Shown here: piece by piece, positions 10,455-20,233 of the stretch | Layout of the letters: every line of letters begins with the position of its first letter | Numbering within the stretch: the stretch's first letter is position 1 | Assembly: GCF_000091665.1 (NCBI RefSeq) | Contig: NC_000909.1 | Span: 293,538-325,537 of the forward strand | Length of the DNA stretch: 32,000 nucleotides | Reading direction: 5' to 3' | From: Methanocaldococcus jannaschii DSM 2661 | Lineage (GTDB): Archaea; AGJL01; Methanococci; Methanococcales; Methanocaldococcaceae | The notes under the pieces: model-generated | Databases searched by the model: none | What the model was told of the DNA's origin: nothing | What the model saw: only the letters and a program-made list of their open reading frames with translations | Program-made: the position numbers and the translations under genes

Positions 10455-10544
10455 GCAGGGGTAGCCAAGCCAGGACTACGGCGCTGGACTTGAGATCCAG
10501 TGGGGCTTTGCCCCGCCTGGGTTCAAATCCCAGCCCCTGCGCCA
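10455..10544 (+). tRNA. tRNA-Ser (anticodon UGA), class II with long variable arm, CCA encoded
   Basis: Acceptor GCAGGGG/CCCCTGC. Anticodon stem CTGGA/TCCAG with loop CTTGAGA. Variable arm GGGGC-TTT-GCCCC. T arm CTGGG-TTCAAAT-CCCAG. Discriminator G plus CCA. Confidence 0.93.
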
Positions 10545-10774
10545 ATGATTTAACAGCCTAACAGAGCTTTTTTGATATAGTCCAGTATTAAACTAATGTT
10601 ATTTTAAACTTATACTCTAACAAAATTTTAGAGGACTATGATTTTTTAAGTTGTGCATAACTGGACTAAAATTTGATACGGTAAGATATTGATGAATTTG
10701 AAGATAAAAATATAATTGCTTATAAAAAATATGAAAGTGAAACCCCCCGCAACCCTCCGAAACCATTGTCAATT

Positions 10775-11215
10775 TTAAAGGTCAATGTCATCAGCCCCCT
10801 CTTTATCTTCAGTAAGTTGCAATAGCTCCTTCATCTCTCTTATGGCCATAACTAAATTCCTACCAGCAACTTCTTTTTCCCTCGCTGTTGCCTTTGGATT
10901 TTCCAAATCTTTTTTTGCGGTTTTAATCATTGTAAATAAACCTTCCAAAGCCAATCCAAAATTATTCGCAATCTCCTTATACATTTTTGAGTAAATTTCG
11001 GTAGTTTCTTCTTCTATTGCTTCAAGTAGCTGAGGCTTTACATGGTTTTGCATGTGCCTTAAAATCGCACTGTATGAGATGTCTTCGTTATACTTTTCTT
11101 TTAAATATTTTGATATTTTTTTAGCTCCCCAGCCCTGGAAATATAATGCTTCTATCTCAGCCCTGTGTGGAGAGTTGCAGACTTTACATAATTTATTATT
11201 TGTATTATTTGGCAT
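10775..11215 (-). CDS. Zn-ribbon plus HTH DNA-binding protein, possibly a small terminase subunit or regulator
   Basis: CKVCNSPHR followed by [30 protein letters not shown]. Translationally coupled to the portal gene (TAA-A-ATG, GAGGGA RBS). Confidence 0.45.
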
Positions 11216-11216
11216 T

Positions 11217-13067
11217 TTAATCCCTCACAGGTGTTATTGTGCATCTACAACCGTATCCTAATGGTGGCACTAATTCAGGTCTTTCAGCAGGTACAAAGAT
11301 GAGCCCATGCAGTTTTCTATGGCTTGGTCTAACTCTTTCATCTTTCATTGTGACATATATTACCTTGTCATTCCAGAACCTTCTCGCTCTTGTCAGATTA
11401 TAGGTTTTGTTCATCTCCTCACGAGCCCTCATCTGCAATCTTGAACCCTTAACATCTTTTGCAACTTTTTTAAGATTCTTTGCAATTTCTTCTTCACCAA
11501 GTCCTTTTTGAATTCCCTCTGTAAGAACATCAAGGAACTGTTGGCTATATGATGAATATATGTTGTAGAATGCCTGTTCCCAATGTTGTTTTAGTATATC
11601 AATAGTTTGCTGGTCTAAGTCATCATATATCTTCAATGAATTGAGTGTAGGGGCTACGTAGTCAAGGAAGAACATATCCACTTCTTCTCGAGTGAATTCC
11701 CTTAATAATTCATCCCAATCTTGCATAAGTTCGTTATATCCAAGCCTTTCATACGTTTCAAGTATCCAATTTACAAAATTTTCCATTGATTTTTTGCCGA
11801 ACTTATCTCCCACTTTTTCTAATTTGCTGATTATTTTTTCCAAACTTTTACGCTTTTTTTCTAATAATTTTTGTTTTTCTTCATCTGCGTATTCTAAACC
11901 TCCTTTACCCTCTTTTGCCATTTTCAATAGCTTCTCAACTTCTTTTTCAGTTAAATCAGGATATGCCGCAAGTATTTCTCCAAATTCATTGCTTGGGAAG
12001 ATTCTTTCAATCAATGCACTGAAGTCATATTTGGCTACCTGTTCTTGTGCCTTTAATTCTGCAACCATTTTTGCTTTTTGCAACATATTAATTTCCCAGT
12101 CAGGGTCTGGATTCGCAAATTTAACCCAGATGCCTTTGTATCCCATTTTTTCTAACTGGTCTGCAATCCATCTTTCAATTTCCTGCTGATACCCTTGAAC
12201 AATTCTTAATATGTTCCTATCTACAGTCCTTGATGTTGTGAGCTCCTGCCCAGATGCTTTTACAATACTAATTGAAGTCCCCAATCCCATGAATATGGCA
12301 CTGTCATAGTAATACAGCATTGTTTCTATCAAATCAGTTGGGATGTCTTTTCCTATGCTTATTGTTTCAAATTTTACTTCATCAGGAGTTGCAGGAATAT
12401 ATACTCTGGTTCTATTTTGGTGATTTGATAGTGCCTTTTTTATTATCTCTCCTGCTTTAGTGTTTTGAGTAATCCCTATAATTGTTGGGATTAGGGTTTT
12501 CTGAACCATGAGTGGCAATACTTTTAAAGCAAGTGTGTTTTTTTGGTCTGCAATCTCTTGGATTGTTTCATGTATTGGTATTGGATTGTAATATACTCCC
12601 AAATACTTTTCATCATAAAATTCAACATCCGCAGGAAAGTGTTGTCTTAGCTCCATTGGTGCAATTACAACCCTAACATCCTCTTCTGTATCAACTTCCC
12701 ACCATCTTTCGGCATTATTCCTTTTAATTGTGTATGTGATGCAATACTCATATCTTCCTTTTTGTGGATTCCAATGTTTCCTTTCCTTAAAGTTCATTGA
12801 ATTCGGATTGATGTAATGCAATTTGTAGAGGTAGCATTTTCCTTTCAGTAAAAAATCAGAAAATGCTAATTGTAAGTCCCTTATGTGTCTATCAATCAGT
12901 CCTGAAATCTCATCAATTACATCTTTGGATAGTTGCTTCCCATCAATTGATACTATTGAGTATGGTGTAAAGATTTGAGTGAATAAGATTCTCAATGCCA
13001 TATTTACAGCAGTATCTTTTGCTAAGTCAATACTAACAGTCTCCATTTGAATTTTATCATCTTCCAT
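11217..13067 (-). CDS. portal-like protein fused to a Mu F / SPP1 gp7-type head morphogenesis domain
   Basis: 616 aa, directly downstream of TerL. The C-terminal [36 protein letters not shown] matches the Phage_Mu_F signature (R.sH..l.G....P.h.nCRC). Confidence 0.65.
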
Positions 13068-13076
13068 AGTATCACC

Positions 13077-14726
13077 TTAAAAGAAACTTCCAAACTCAAA
13101 TTCCTCAAATTCTTCTTCATCGTCAAACACTTGGCGGTATGAGTAATCCTCTTCATCAATTGCATTCACATTGTGGGTAATGCAATTATAGGCACTTGAG
13201 ACAACAGCATCTGCTAAGTCAGGACTACCTTCACCGAAATAGATTACTTTATCCCCATCTATTTGGTGTTGGAGGATTTGAGTTCTTAGTTTTTGCCAAA
13301 TATCTTCATTGCATCGAATTTCGATTTTTGCTTTTTTCCGTTTTACACCAGTTGCATCATAGTATTCTTTTGTCCCTTCTACGAGTTCTTGGAATGTTGT
13401 CCATAGTTTGACGTGTTTAGATAGCCTTTCACCTTTGAATTTTTGTATAAAATATTCACTTTGGAATCTGTCAAATGTGAATTTAACTGAAAAATGGTTT
13501 TGTAAATGATTGTAAAACTTCTCTAAACTTAAATAATCAATCTTATGTCCAAGCGTTGGAGTAAGAACAATAATGTCTGAAATTATAACCTTCCCTTTAT
13601 CGAAATAACTTATCGCAATTACGCCCTTATCTCTGTTAATCGCAAGGTCAGTATGGCAGTAAATGGTTTTATCTGTGCTTTGAAGTTGTTTAAACTCCAA
13701 TCTTATCAAATTGTTTTCATAAATTGCCCTCCATGTGAATAATCCCATTTCCACTTTATGCCTTGCTTCCAGAGCTTCTAAACTGATGAAATAAGCGTTC
13801 AATTCAGGAGGTTCGCATTCATACATACATCTTGCAAGGATTGGGTTCTTTTGGTATTGTGCTTTAAAGTCTTCTTTTGAAACCCTTGTATTCACTTCCC
13901 ATGTTTTCCCTTTGAATGTATATGCCTCATCGACTGCCTTATAATCAAGATATAATCTATATCCTACGTCATCTCTCGGATTTGGAGTTGGAAATCTTGT
14001 CCATGTGATTGCTACGACTCTTGCTTTATCTTTGAATCTTGACTTTGCAGAACTTAACCCTTGTTCAAATAATTGCTCTGCATTTTTAAAATCTGGGTCG
14101 CTTATCTCATCAGCTACAACGCATAGGGCATTCATCCCTTCAAATGATGTTGCTCTTGAGTGACCTGAGTGCATTGTTATTTTATCTCCTATCTCTGCTT
14201 TTGTTTCCAATACACATATAGGGGCTTTTTGTCTTTTTTTCTTATCTATCCCTATCATTTGCCATACTTTGCATTTAAGAAACCATGCTTTAAACTCTTT
14301 GAAAAAAACATTCTTTGCTAAATGGTCATTGGGGGCAACATTAACAAAATCAATTCTTGTGAATTTTTCATAATAATCTTCTACACAAGCTCGGAACATC
14401 ATATAATTGAACAATAATGAAACCATGAAGTCCTTACCGCCACCTTTTCCAATAATCAATATATTAATGGGATGTTCAACCATATTGAGTAATATTTCTT
14501 TCTGTTTTTCGGTTATTGTGTGCAAATCCATTGTTATTTCACAGAATTCTATAATATTTAATGATTTTAATTTGTCAATTAACTCATAGAATAGCGGAGG
14601 GAAGTTATGTTTATTCAGTTTTTGAGGTATGGGAATATCTAACTTTTTGCAGAGTTCTAAAAATATTTTTTTATTGAAAGTTTTCTTTTTGAGAGATTCT
14701 CTCACTAATTCGACGATATACATCAT
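13077..14726 (-). CDS. terminase large subunit
   Basis: 549 aa. Walker A-like IIGKGGGKD, Walker B LCVVADE, and nuclease-domain acidic motifs HTDLAINRDKGVIAISY and DLADAVVSSAY. Confidence 0.8.
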   Translation of the reverse strand: MMYIVELVRESLKKKTFNKKIFLELCKKLDIPIPQKLNKHNFPPLFYELIDKLKSLNIIEFCEITMDLHTITEKQKEILLNMVEHPINILIIGKGGGKDFMVSLLFNYMMFRACVEDYYEKFTRIDFVNVAPNDHLAKNVFFKEFKAWFLKCKVWQMIGIDKKKRQKAPICVLETKAEIGDKITMHSGHSRATSFEGMNALCVVADEISDPDFKNAEQLFEQGLSSAKSRFKDKARVVAITWTRFPTPNPRDDVGYRLYLDYKAVDEAYTFKGKTWEVNTRVSKEDFKAQYQKNPILARCMYECEPPELNAYFISLEALEARHKVEMGLFTWRAIYENNLIRLEFKQLQSTDKTIYCHTDLAINRDKGVIAISYFDKGKVIISDIIVLTPTLGHKIDYLSLEKFYNHLQNHFSVKFTFDRFQSEYFIQKFKGERLSKHVKLWTTFQELVEGTKEYYDATGVKRKKAKIEIRCNEDIWQKLRTQILQHQIDGDKVIYFGEGSPDLADAVVSSAYNCITHNVNAIDEEDYSYRQVFDDEEEFEEFEFGSFF

Positions 14727-15130
14727 CTCATCCTTTTAATGACTTTTTCCACGATTTTCGGTAAATCTTTTTGGACTTTTTTCAATGCGGGCTGTATAAA
14801 TGGTCTTGCTGGAATGTTCTTTTTCTTACTCCCAAATTCATGAACTCCAGCATACACCATGTTATTGAAAACTTTCACTTGCAAACCTTTTGAAGTGATT
14901 TTCACCTTACTATCTGTTGCTTTTAATAATGCTCCATGATAAATTAATCCTTTGGTGTTCCTACCTTCCTTTTCTTTCCTTTTTTGATAATCTTTGCTTA
15001 ATGGTTTCCATTTCAATTCTTTCTTCTGAAAACCCCTTTGTATATTGTCATCAACTTCAGCAACCAACTCTTTCTCAATCTCATGAGCCAACTCTTTTTT
15101 AAATTCCCGCACCCATTGTTTGTAGTCCAT
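14723..15130 (-). CDS. HK97 gp10-family protein (tail completion / head-tail joining)
   Basis: MVYAGVHEFGSKKKNIPARPFIQPALKK matches the gp10-family core (yA..vEfG....pa.PF..PA). Stop/start overlap with TerL (ATGAGATGATGATG). Confidence 0.6.
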   Translation of the reverse strand: MDYKQWVREFKKELAHEIEKELVAEVDDNIQRGFQKKELKWKPLSKDYQKRKEKEGRNTKGLIYHGALLKATDSKVKITSKGLQVKVFNNMVYAGVHEFGSKKKNIPARPFIQPALKKVQKDLPKIVEKVIKRMR

Positions 15131-15134
15131 AAAA

Positions 15135-15455
15135 TCACTTCAATTTAAGTGGTTTTCCAGTTAGGATTAAAACTGCAACGTAAGCCCCCAATATTTGATG
15201 CCCATACGCCTCTGCAATATCCTCTTTTGTATATCCTTCACAAGCCAATTCTATGACTTTTAGATAGTTTAAAGTTCCATTTTCAAGCCCGTGTTTAATT
15301 GCCTTGTCTATTGCTGCAATAACTTCTTCTTTAATATCGTCTGGAACTCCAAAAGCAGAATTTATAACTCTCAGAATCCTATCATTTGCATCAGAGTTGC
15401 TTAAATTATGTGTGCGTTGGTTTTCTTTCTCATCTAATTTTTTCCATAAAGACAT
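15135..15455 (-). CDS. hypothetical provirus protein (106 aa)
   Basis: ATG at 15455 after a GGGGG run. Lies in the operon with neighbouring genes. Confidence 0.5.
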   Translation of the reverse strand: MSLWKKLDEKENQRTHNLSNSDANDRILRVINSAFGVPDDIKEEVIAAIDKAIKHGLENGTLNYLKVIELACEGYTKEDIAEAYGHQILGAYVAVLILTGKPLKLK

Positions 15456-15481
15456 GCTAACCCCCAATAAGTTTTATGAAT

Positions 15482-15862
15482 TCAATTAGAATCATCAACA
15501 ATTGTGATAATGCAGGAGGCAGAATCTTTGAAGCTATTACTACTCCTGCCAGAGATTCTATTGCCCTCATCAGGATGTAACGTTTTAGCTTTTTCTTTAA
15601 GTCTAATGATTGAGTTGTCTGTAGTTTCATCACTGCCCACTTTAATTTCCCTAACTCTTTGATGAGGAGGTTTGAAATAGTTAATAACATACGGCACAGC
15701 TTTTTTGCTAAGGACAGGTATATAGAGGAGAAAAAACAATAATGAGAAAATTCCAAAAACAGCTAAAGTCAATGCCATTGATTGGTATAGTTTTTTTAGA
15801 TAGAAAACTAATTCCAAAACACAAAACAATACTACAAATCCGATAACTGTTTGTTTGTCCAT
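15482..15862 (-). CDS. membrane protein with two N-terminal TM helices. Its 3' part overlaps a second same-strand ORF (15457-15756).
   Basis: ATG at 15862 after GGTGA. TM segments VIGFVVLFCVLELVFYL and LTLAVFGIFSLLFFLLYIPVL. Confidence 0.5.
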   Translation of the reverse strand: MDKQTVIGFVVLFCVLELVFYLKKLYQSMALTLAVFGIFSLLFFLLYIPVLSKKAVPYVINYFKPPHQRVREIKVGSDETTDNSIIRLKEKAKTLHPDEGNRISGRSSNSFKDSASCIITIVDDSN

Positions 15863-15866
15863 ATTT

Positions 15867-16130
15867 TCACCATTCATCAATTATTACCAATCGTTTTCCC
15901 GAAGCCTTTAGCAATTTTAAAACTGTTGAGATTCTTGGGTCCTGCAACTCATTATTTTTGATTTTGTGAAGTGTGCCTTTTCCAAGACCTGTTTCTTTAG
16001 AATACCTGTATATTGAACCTTCATTAACAATTTTGCTAAGCTCTTGCATCAATTGTTCAACGTTCTTTATTTCTTTCCCTTGAACGCCAATGATAAAAAT
16101 TGCCTGTTTTGAATCGGAGTCTGTCATCAT
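15867..16130 (-). CDS. XRE/Cro-like HTH protein, first gene of the minus-strand operon
   Basis: SIYRYSKETGLGKGTLHKIKNNELQDPRISTVLKLLKASGKRL is a typical Cro/C1 HTH. ATG at 16130. Confidence 0.6.
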   Translation of the reverse strand: MMTDSDSKQAIFIIGVQGKEIKNVEQLMQELSKIVNEGSIYRYSKETGLGKGTLHKIKNNELQDPRISTVLKLLKASGKRLVIIDEW

Positions 16131-16275
16131 GTTATCCCCGTATTTCTCTTTGTTCAAACTTATATTTATACTTTATTTCACTTAAATGAAACAATATTTA
16201 AATAATAGAAATGATAAAAATCTTTTTGGGGCTACCCCACTCTGCTATTTTGTTCAAAATTGTTAGGTGAGCAAA
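16131..16275. promoter_or_regulatory. divergent promoter / switch region of the provirus
   Basis: 145-bp gap between divergent operons. TATA-like CTTATATTTATAC (16159-16172) and ATATTTAAATAA (16193-16204). Short GC hairpin TGGGG-CTA-CCCCA (16226-16238). Confidence 0.5.
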
Positions 16276-16575
16276 ATGGGGTTATTCAAAAAAGAGAAAG
16301 ACAATGGTGTAATTGATGACTTAGTTCCTAAAAAAAGTGATTATGTTGAGAAGATTGCTCAAGAAGCTATAAGAAAAGACAAAGTTGATGCATTAGTTAG
16401 AAAACATGAGATGGAGCAGTTCTATCACGAAGTTTCTCAAAATGAGAAAATTGCAGAATTAAAAGCAGAATTAGCTAAGAAAGAAAAAGAAATCGAAGAA
16501 CTTAAAGAGGAGATTAGGGGCTTAAAAGGGAAAGCAGGAGGTCTTGGAATCGGAGGTAGCCAAGTTACAAGGTAA
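16276..16575 (+). CDS. coiled-coil protein (99 aa), function unknown
   Basis: ATG at 16276 after AGGTGA. IAELKAELAKKEKEIEELKEEIRGLKGKAGG. Confidence 0.5.
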   Translation: MGLFKKEKDNGVIDDLVPKKSDYVEKIAQEAIRKDKVDALVRKHEMEQFYHEVSQNEKIAELKAELAKKEKEIEELKEEIRGLKGKAGGLGIGGSQVTR

Positions 16576-16638
16576 GGTTGAAGTTCTGGAAAAAATAATC
16601 TTAAAAAAACTCTAATTTTTTCTTTTTGAGGGAGAGAT

Positions 16639-17382
16639 ATGCAGTCAATATTCCTTCCAGTTTTAAATCCAACAACGATTGATGGGCAAGAAATAACTGA
16701 AGAGTGGATTAAAAAATACGGTCCTACGTTGAGGGGTAAGCCCGTCAATATTGACCATAATTATTATTCTAATGGAAATCTCGCAGTTGGGGACGTGGTT
16801 GATGTTTATTTTAATCCCGAGGGCAACCTCTATGCCCATATAAGAATCTTCGATGAGATTTATTGGCGTTTGGTAGATAATGGAATAAAAATCAAGGGAG
16901 TTTCTTTTGAATTTAACGATGATGGTGTTGGCGAAGAAGGTATTATGAAGGGCTTAGCTCTCTGCTTAGAGTCGGACCCGAAAGTAGATTTTGCGAGGTT
17001 GGTTGAAGGGAATTATGTTCTCGAAGTTTTGGCATCAATTAAGAGGGATAGTATGGACACTAAGACACAGGAAAAAACTGAACCTAAAAAAATTAAAGAC
17101 ATGACAGAAGAAGAATTTGAGAAGTTCTTACATGAGAAAATTGAGCAAATATTGGCTTCCCATAAAAAAGAAAATGAAGACAAGGATAAAAGCGACAATG
17201 AAGATGATAAGGTTGTTGAAATACTCGCTTCTAAAATGGATGAATTGGTTGCAGTGAATAAGTCAGTATTAAAACAGCTTGAAGAAATTAGGAAAGCCCA
17301 AAAGGAAATTCTCGCATCCGCACCAGTGCCTCCTTCTGGTTCTGGAAATTCGGGTCATAGAAGAGCGAATCTGGGATTATAA
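16639..17382 (+). CDS. HK97-family (S78-like) prohead protease domain fused to an acidic coiled-coil scaffold-like C-terminus
   Basis: GKPVNIDHNYYSNGNLAVGDVVDV...VDNGIKIKGVSFEF fits the l.nHd....iG...g.i.g.S.gF pattern. The C-terminal half is acidic and coiled-coil (KKENEDKDKSDNEDDK...). Confidence 0.6.
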   Translation: MQSIFLPVLNPTTIDGQEITEEWIKKYGPTLRGKPVNIDHNYYSNGNLAVGDVVDVYFNPEGNLYAHIRIFDEIYWRLVDNGIKIKGVSFEFNDDGVGEEGIMKGLALCLESDPKVDFARLVEGNYVLEVLASIKRDSMDTKTQEKTEPKKIKDMTEEEFEKFLHEKIEQILASHKKENEDKDKSDNEDDKVVEILASKMDELVAVNKSVLKQLEEIRKAQKEILASAPVPPSGSGNSGHRRANLGL

Positions 17383-17391
17383 GGTGAGAAT

Positions 17392-17751
17392 ATGACTACT
17401 GAAAACATCATCTCTGGCATAGCAATTGCAGACCTCGCACCATACAGATTTGGAAAAATAACTTCAACTGGAATTGGATTTGGAACTTCAACAGTGAGTG
17501 ATGATAGCATATCAATAGATGCGGATGGAGTCATTATTAACAGCAGGGCGATTTACACAGCTGGAATGTATGTTGATTTAAAAGTTAATGGTGTTCAGAA
17601 AGTTGAAATTAAGGAAGGAGAATCAATAGCCCCAGGGGATTATGTTATTCCAAGCACTGATGGCAGTGGCAAGGCAGTTAAAAGCCCGATTAAGGCAGGG
17701 TTCAAAGTGGCATCTGTTGAGGGGAATTACTGCACTATTATTTTGAGATAG
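17392..17751 (+). CDS. small head protein, DUF2190-like, possibly a decoration protein
   Basis: 119 aa between protease-scaffold and capsid (like lambda D before E). Gly-rich beta-type sequence with the ...[18 protein letters not shown] motif. Confidence 0.4.
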
Positions 17752-17758
17752 AGGTGAG

Positions 17759-18547
17759 ATGATGGCACTTAATGAGTATGATGCTCAAATTGTAGAGCAG
17801 GCAATGAAACCAATACTTGATTCAAACTTATTTTCAAGGAAAATTTTCCAAAAAAAGAAAATTCCTGAAGATGTGGAGGTTTATAATTTAGTTCAAGTTG
17901 TGTTTGATGAAAATGCGTTTAAAAAGGGTTCAATGGAATTGACAGAAGTTCCAATTAAGACAACAACCTCACCATTCACAGTATTTGACATTAATCTGAA
18001 AGTTACAAAAGCGAGGAGGTTTGTTGAAGGACCTAATGCTGACTATAATAAAGCACAAATTTTTGAAGGTCTCGCAAAGGTTGTGGCAAGGGCTGAAAAT
18101 CAATACTCAATTGATGCATTGAGTAAAAACAATACAGCAGTGGGTGCATCAGCATCATGGAATGGTGCAGATACCACTCCAGATAAAATAGCAAATGACA
18201 TCATAGATGCAAAAACAAAGATTGAGCAGTATTCAAATGCAAAATGTGCGTTAGTAGCTCCAGTTGATGCAATTGCATGTTTTAGGAAAATAGGAACTCA
18301 AGGTTTTAGTGCTTATGATGAAACAAAGGATTTCATTAAGGAAATCATCCCAACAAACTTAATCACTGATAAATCTGCATATTTAGTCCCAATTGATATT
18401 GCAATTCTTCAAATGGGAGTAGCTGTGGAGGCAGACCAATTTATTGAAAAGAAAGCGACTCAGGTTGAGTTTATATTTACAGAGGCAATAAGCCCTATGG
18501 TTAAGGAAAAGAATGGAATTATTAAGATTCAAAAAGTATTGGGATAA
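17759..18547 (+). CDS. putative major capsid protein (HK97-fold expected)
   Basis: 262 aa. The call rests on position after the protease/scaffold and before the connector genes, plus a strong GAGGTGAG RBS. No direct motif recognised. Confidence 0.5.
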
Positions 18548-18550
18548 TGC

Positions 18551-18865
18551 GTGATTTTTATGGTTGATGTTTCGGAAATTTTAGCGAAGATGAAGCCCCT
18601 CTTAGGAATGAGTGCTGATGAAGAATTTGCCAATCCTGAACAAGCAGAGGCATCTGCAAACTTAGCAATAAAAACATCCCAGGTTGAAGACGTTGATATT
18701 ATTGCCATATTGGCTTGCTATTACTACACTGAATCAAGGGATATGAAAACTGACGAAAACGTTTCAGTTATGGCTAATCACTTTTATAGAATGTATCAAA
18801 TTGCTATTGAGGAAGCAAAACAGAAGGAATTAAATGAAGAAGAGGGGGCGGTGTTCTTTGACTAA
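18551..18865 (+). CDS. head-tail connector/adaptor (gp6-like) candidate
   Basis: About 100 aa, right after the capsid gene. GTG at 18551 or ATG at 18560. Confidence 0.4.
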
Positions 18866-19157
18866 CTATGCTAATGCAAAGGCGTTAGTTGAAAAAATAC
18901 TTGAAGATTTAAAAAACAATGGCATCAAAGTTAAATCTCCTTTATCCAAAATTCAGGACTTCCATTGTGAGGCGGATTTCTCAGTAGAGATTGAAAATAG
19001 AGTTGCTTATGTAGATGCAACATTTACTTTTGATAAATTACCAAATGAGGATTTAGTAGAGAAAATTGAAGCAGTTATGACGACATATAACTCTTATTTG
19101 GAAAGAATTGACTTTGAAAGCGATTATACTAAGTTAGAGTTTAGGAGCGTGAGATAA
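18834..19157 (+). CDS. head-tail joining protein candidate (107 aa)
   Basis: ORF in the morphogenesis operon. The start may instead be TTG at 18858 after GAGGGGG. Confidence 0.4.
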
Positions 19158-19861
19158 TGGTGCTATCACTTACTCCACCAAGCCAAGAAAATATTTTGGC
19201 AAGTGGAAAGTTGGCATATTTTGGTGCAAAATCACAGGTTGATACTTTTACAGGAGATGAGCAAAATGATACGTTTGAATTAACAAAAGATGATGCGGTT
19301 CTCGGTTCGGAGATTGTTAAAGTAAATGGTGTTTTGCAGTTCGAAGGGCAAGATTATACAGCAATCCATGAAAATGGAATTTTGAAGAAAATTAAATTCA
19401 CACAGCCACCAGCAAATGGTGCATCAATTACAGTTGAATATCTCTATTTGGACTTACCTCTCGGAGGAGCTTCAGAATTATCCGTAAAAGAGGATAAGGA
19501 TAAAGAAGAGCTGACTGTGGATTGCAGTTATGGGAAGATTCAAATCGAAAAGGGTTCAAGCATAACATTATCATTCAAAGATATCATCACCGTTGGAGAC
19601 ATTAAGCTTACTGCTTATTTCTCAGGGGAGATTCTTGAAGGCAACACATACTCAAAATACAAAAATGGAGCTTCAAAAAGTGCAAACATTGTTGTTCTTG
19701 CATTTTCTAAAGAAGCTACGATGGCTTATGGAGTTGAACCTCCAAAGAGGATTGTTATAATAAGGGGAGCGATGCCTAACAATCTGGAGTTTGACTGGAG
19801 TGGTGGGAGTAAGTCATTTGATTTGACGGCCCAAAGTTATGAGATTATCGACGTTAAATAA
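19157..19861 (+). CDS. putative major tail protein
   Basis: 234 aa immediately upstream of the chaperone/tape-measure pair. Its start codon shares one base with the upstream TAA stop (TAATG at 19155-19159). Confidence 0.45.
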   Translation: MVLSLTPPSQENILASGKLAYFGAKSQVDTFTGDEQNDTFELTKDDAVLGSEIVKVNGVLQFEGQDYTAIHENGILKKIKFTQPPANGASITVEYLYLDLPLGGASELSVKEDKDKEELTVDCSYGKIQIEKGSSITLSFKDIITVGDIKLTAYFSGEILEGNTYSKYKNGASKSANIVVLAFSKEATMAYGVEPPKRIVIIRGAMPNNLEFDWSGGSKSFDLTAQSYEIIDVK

Positions 19862-19870
19862 GGTGATTAA

Positions 19871-20233
19871 ATGGATAAAAATGAATTTTTAAAAAAATTA
19901 GATGAGAAGTTTAAGGAATCAGAACAAAAGAATCTTGAAGCATTAGAAAAAATAAGGTCTAATCTCCCTCAATTAGAAATTGAGATATTTGGAGAGAAAC
20001 TCACAGCTATAATTCCACCATTATCAGTTGAAAAAGAAATGATTGAAGATGCAAAGAACCTGGAGCCTTTAGATTTTGCATTAAAATACATTCCAATTTT
20101 ATATGGTATTCCAAAAGAGAAAGTTGAGGAATTACCTTCGATTGTTATTGCAGAACTCATCAAAAAGTACTTTGAAGCTTATAAGCAGTTAAACAAGGAT
20201 AAATCCTTTCGCAATAGAGTGGGCACTAAGTGA
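19871..20233 (+). CDS. tail assembly chaperone (gpG-like)
   Basis: 120 aa acidic protein between the tail and tape measure genes. An overlapping open +1 frame lies downstream. Confidence 0.55.
   Translation: MDKNEFLKKLDEKFKESEQKNLEALEKIRSNLPQLEIEIFGEKLTAIIPPLSVEKEMIEDAKNLEPLDFALKYIPILYGIPKEKVEELPSIVIAELIKKYFEAYKQLNKDKSFRNRVGTK

Noticed and set aside
10587-10597. 11-mer ATTAAACTAAT shared between the tRNA-proximal spacer and 31633-31643, considered as a candidate att core
   Set aside because: It is pure AT-rich sequence. By rough estimate, a chance match of this length between two ~250-300-bp AT-rich spacers is of order one. The flanks do not extend the match.
11692-12189. 165-aa plus-strand ORF and similar antisense ORFs in the provirus (10785-10994, 11052-11261, 13196-13411, 14407-14589, 14917-15102, 15304-15489, 16437-16748, 17013-17198, 19969-20163, 20605-20971, 21352-22282, 23683-24135, 25456-26188, 26264-26545, 27063-28093, 28544-28816, 29649-30564, 31176-31454)
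   Set aside because: All lie inside longer, RBS-preceded, operon-coupled genes, either on the opposite strand or in another frame. Their Ser/Leu/Phe/Ile-rich composition is typical of antisense reading of AT-rich coding DNA.
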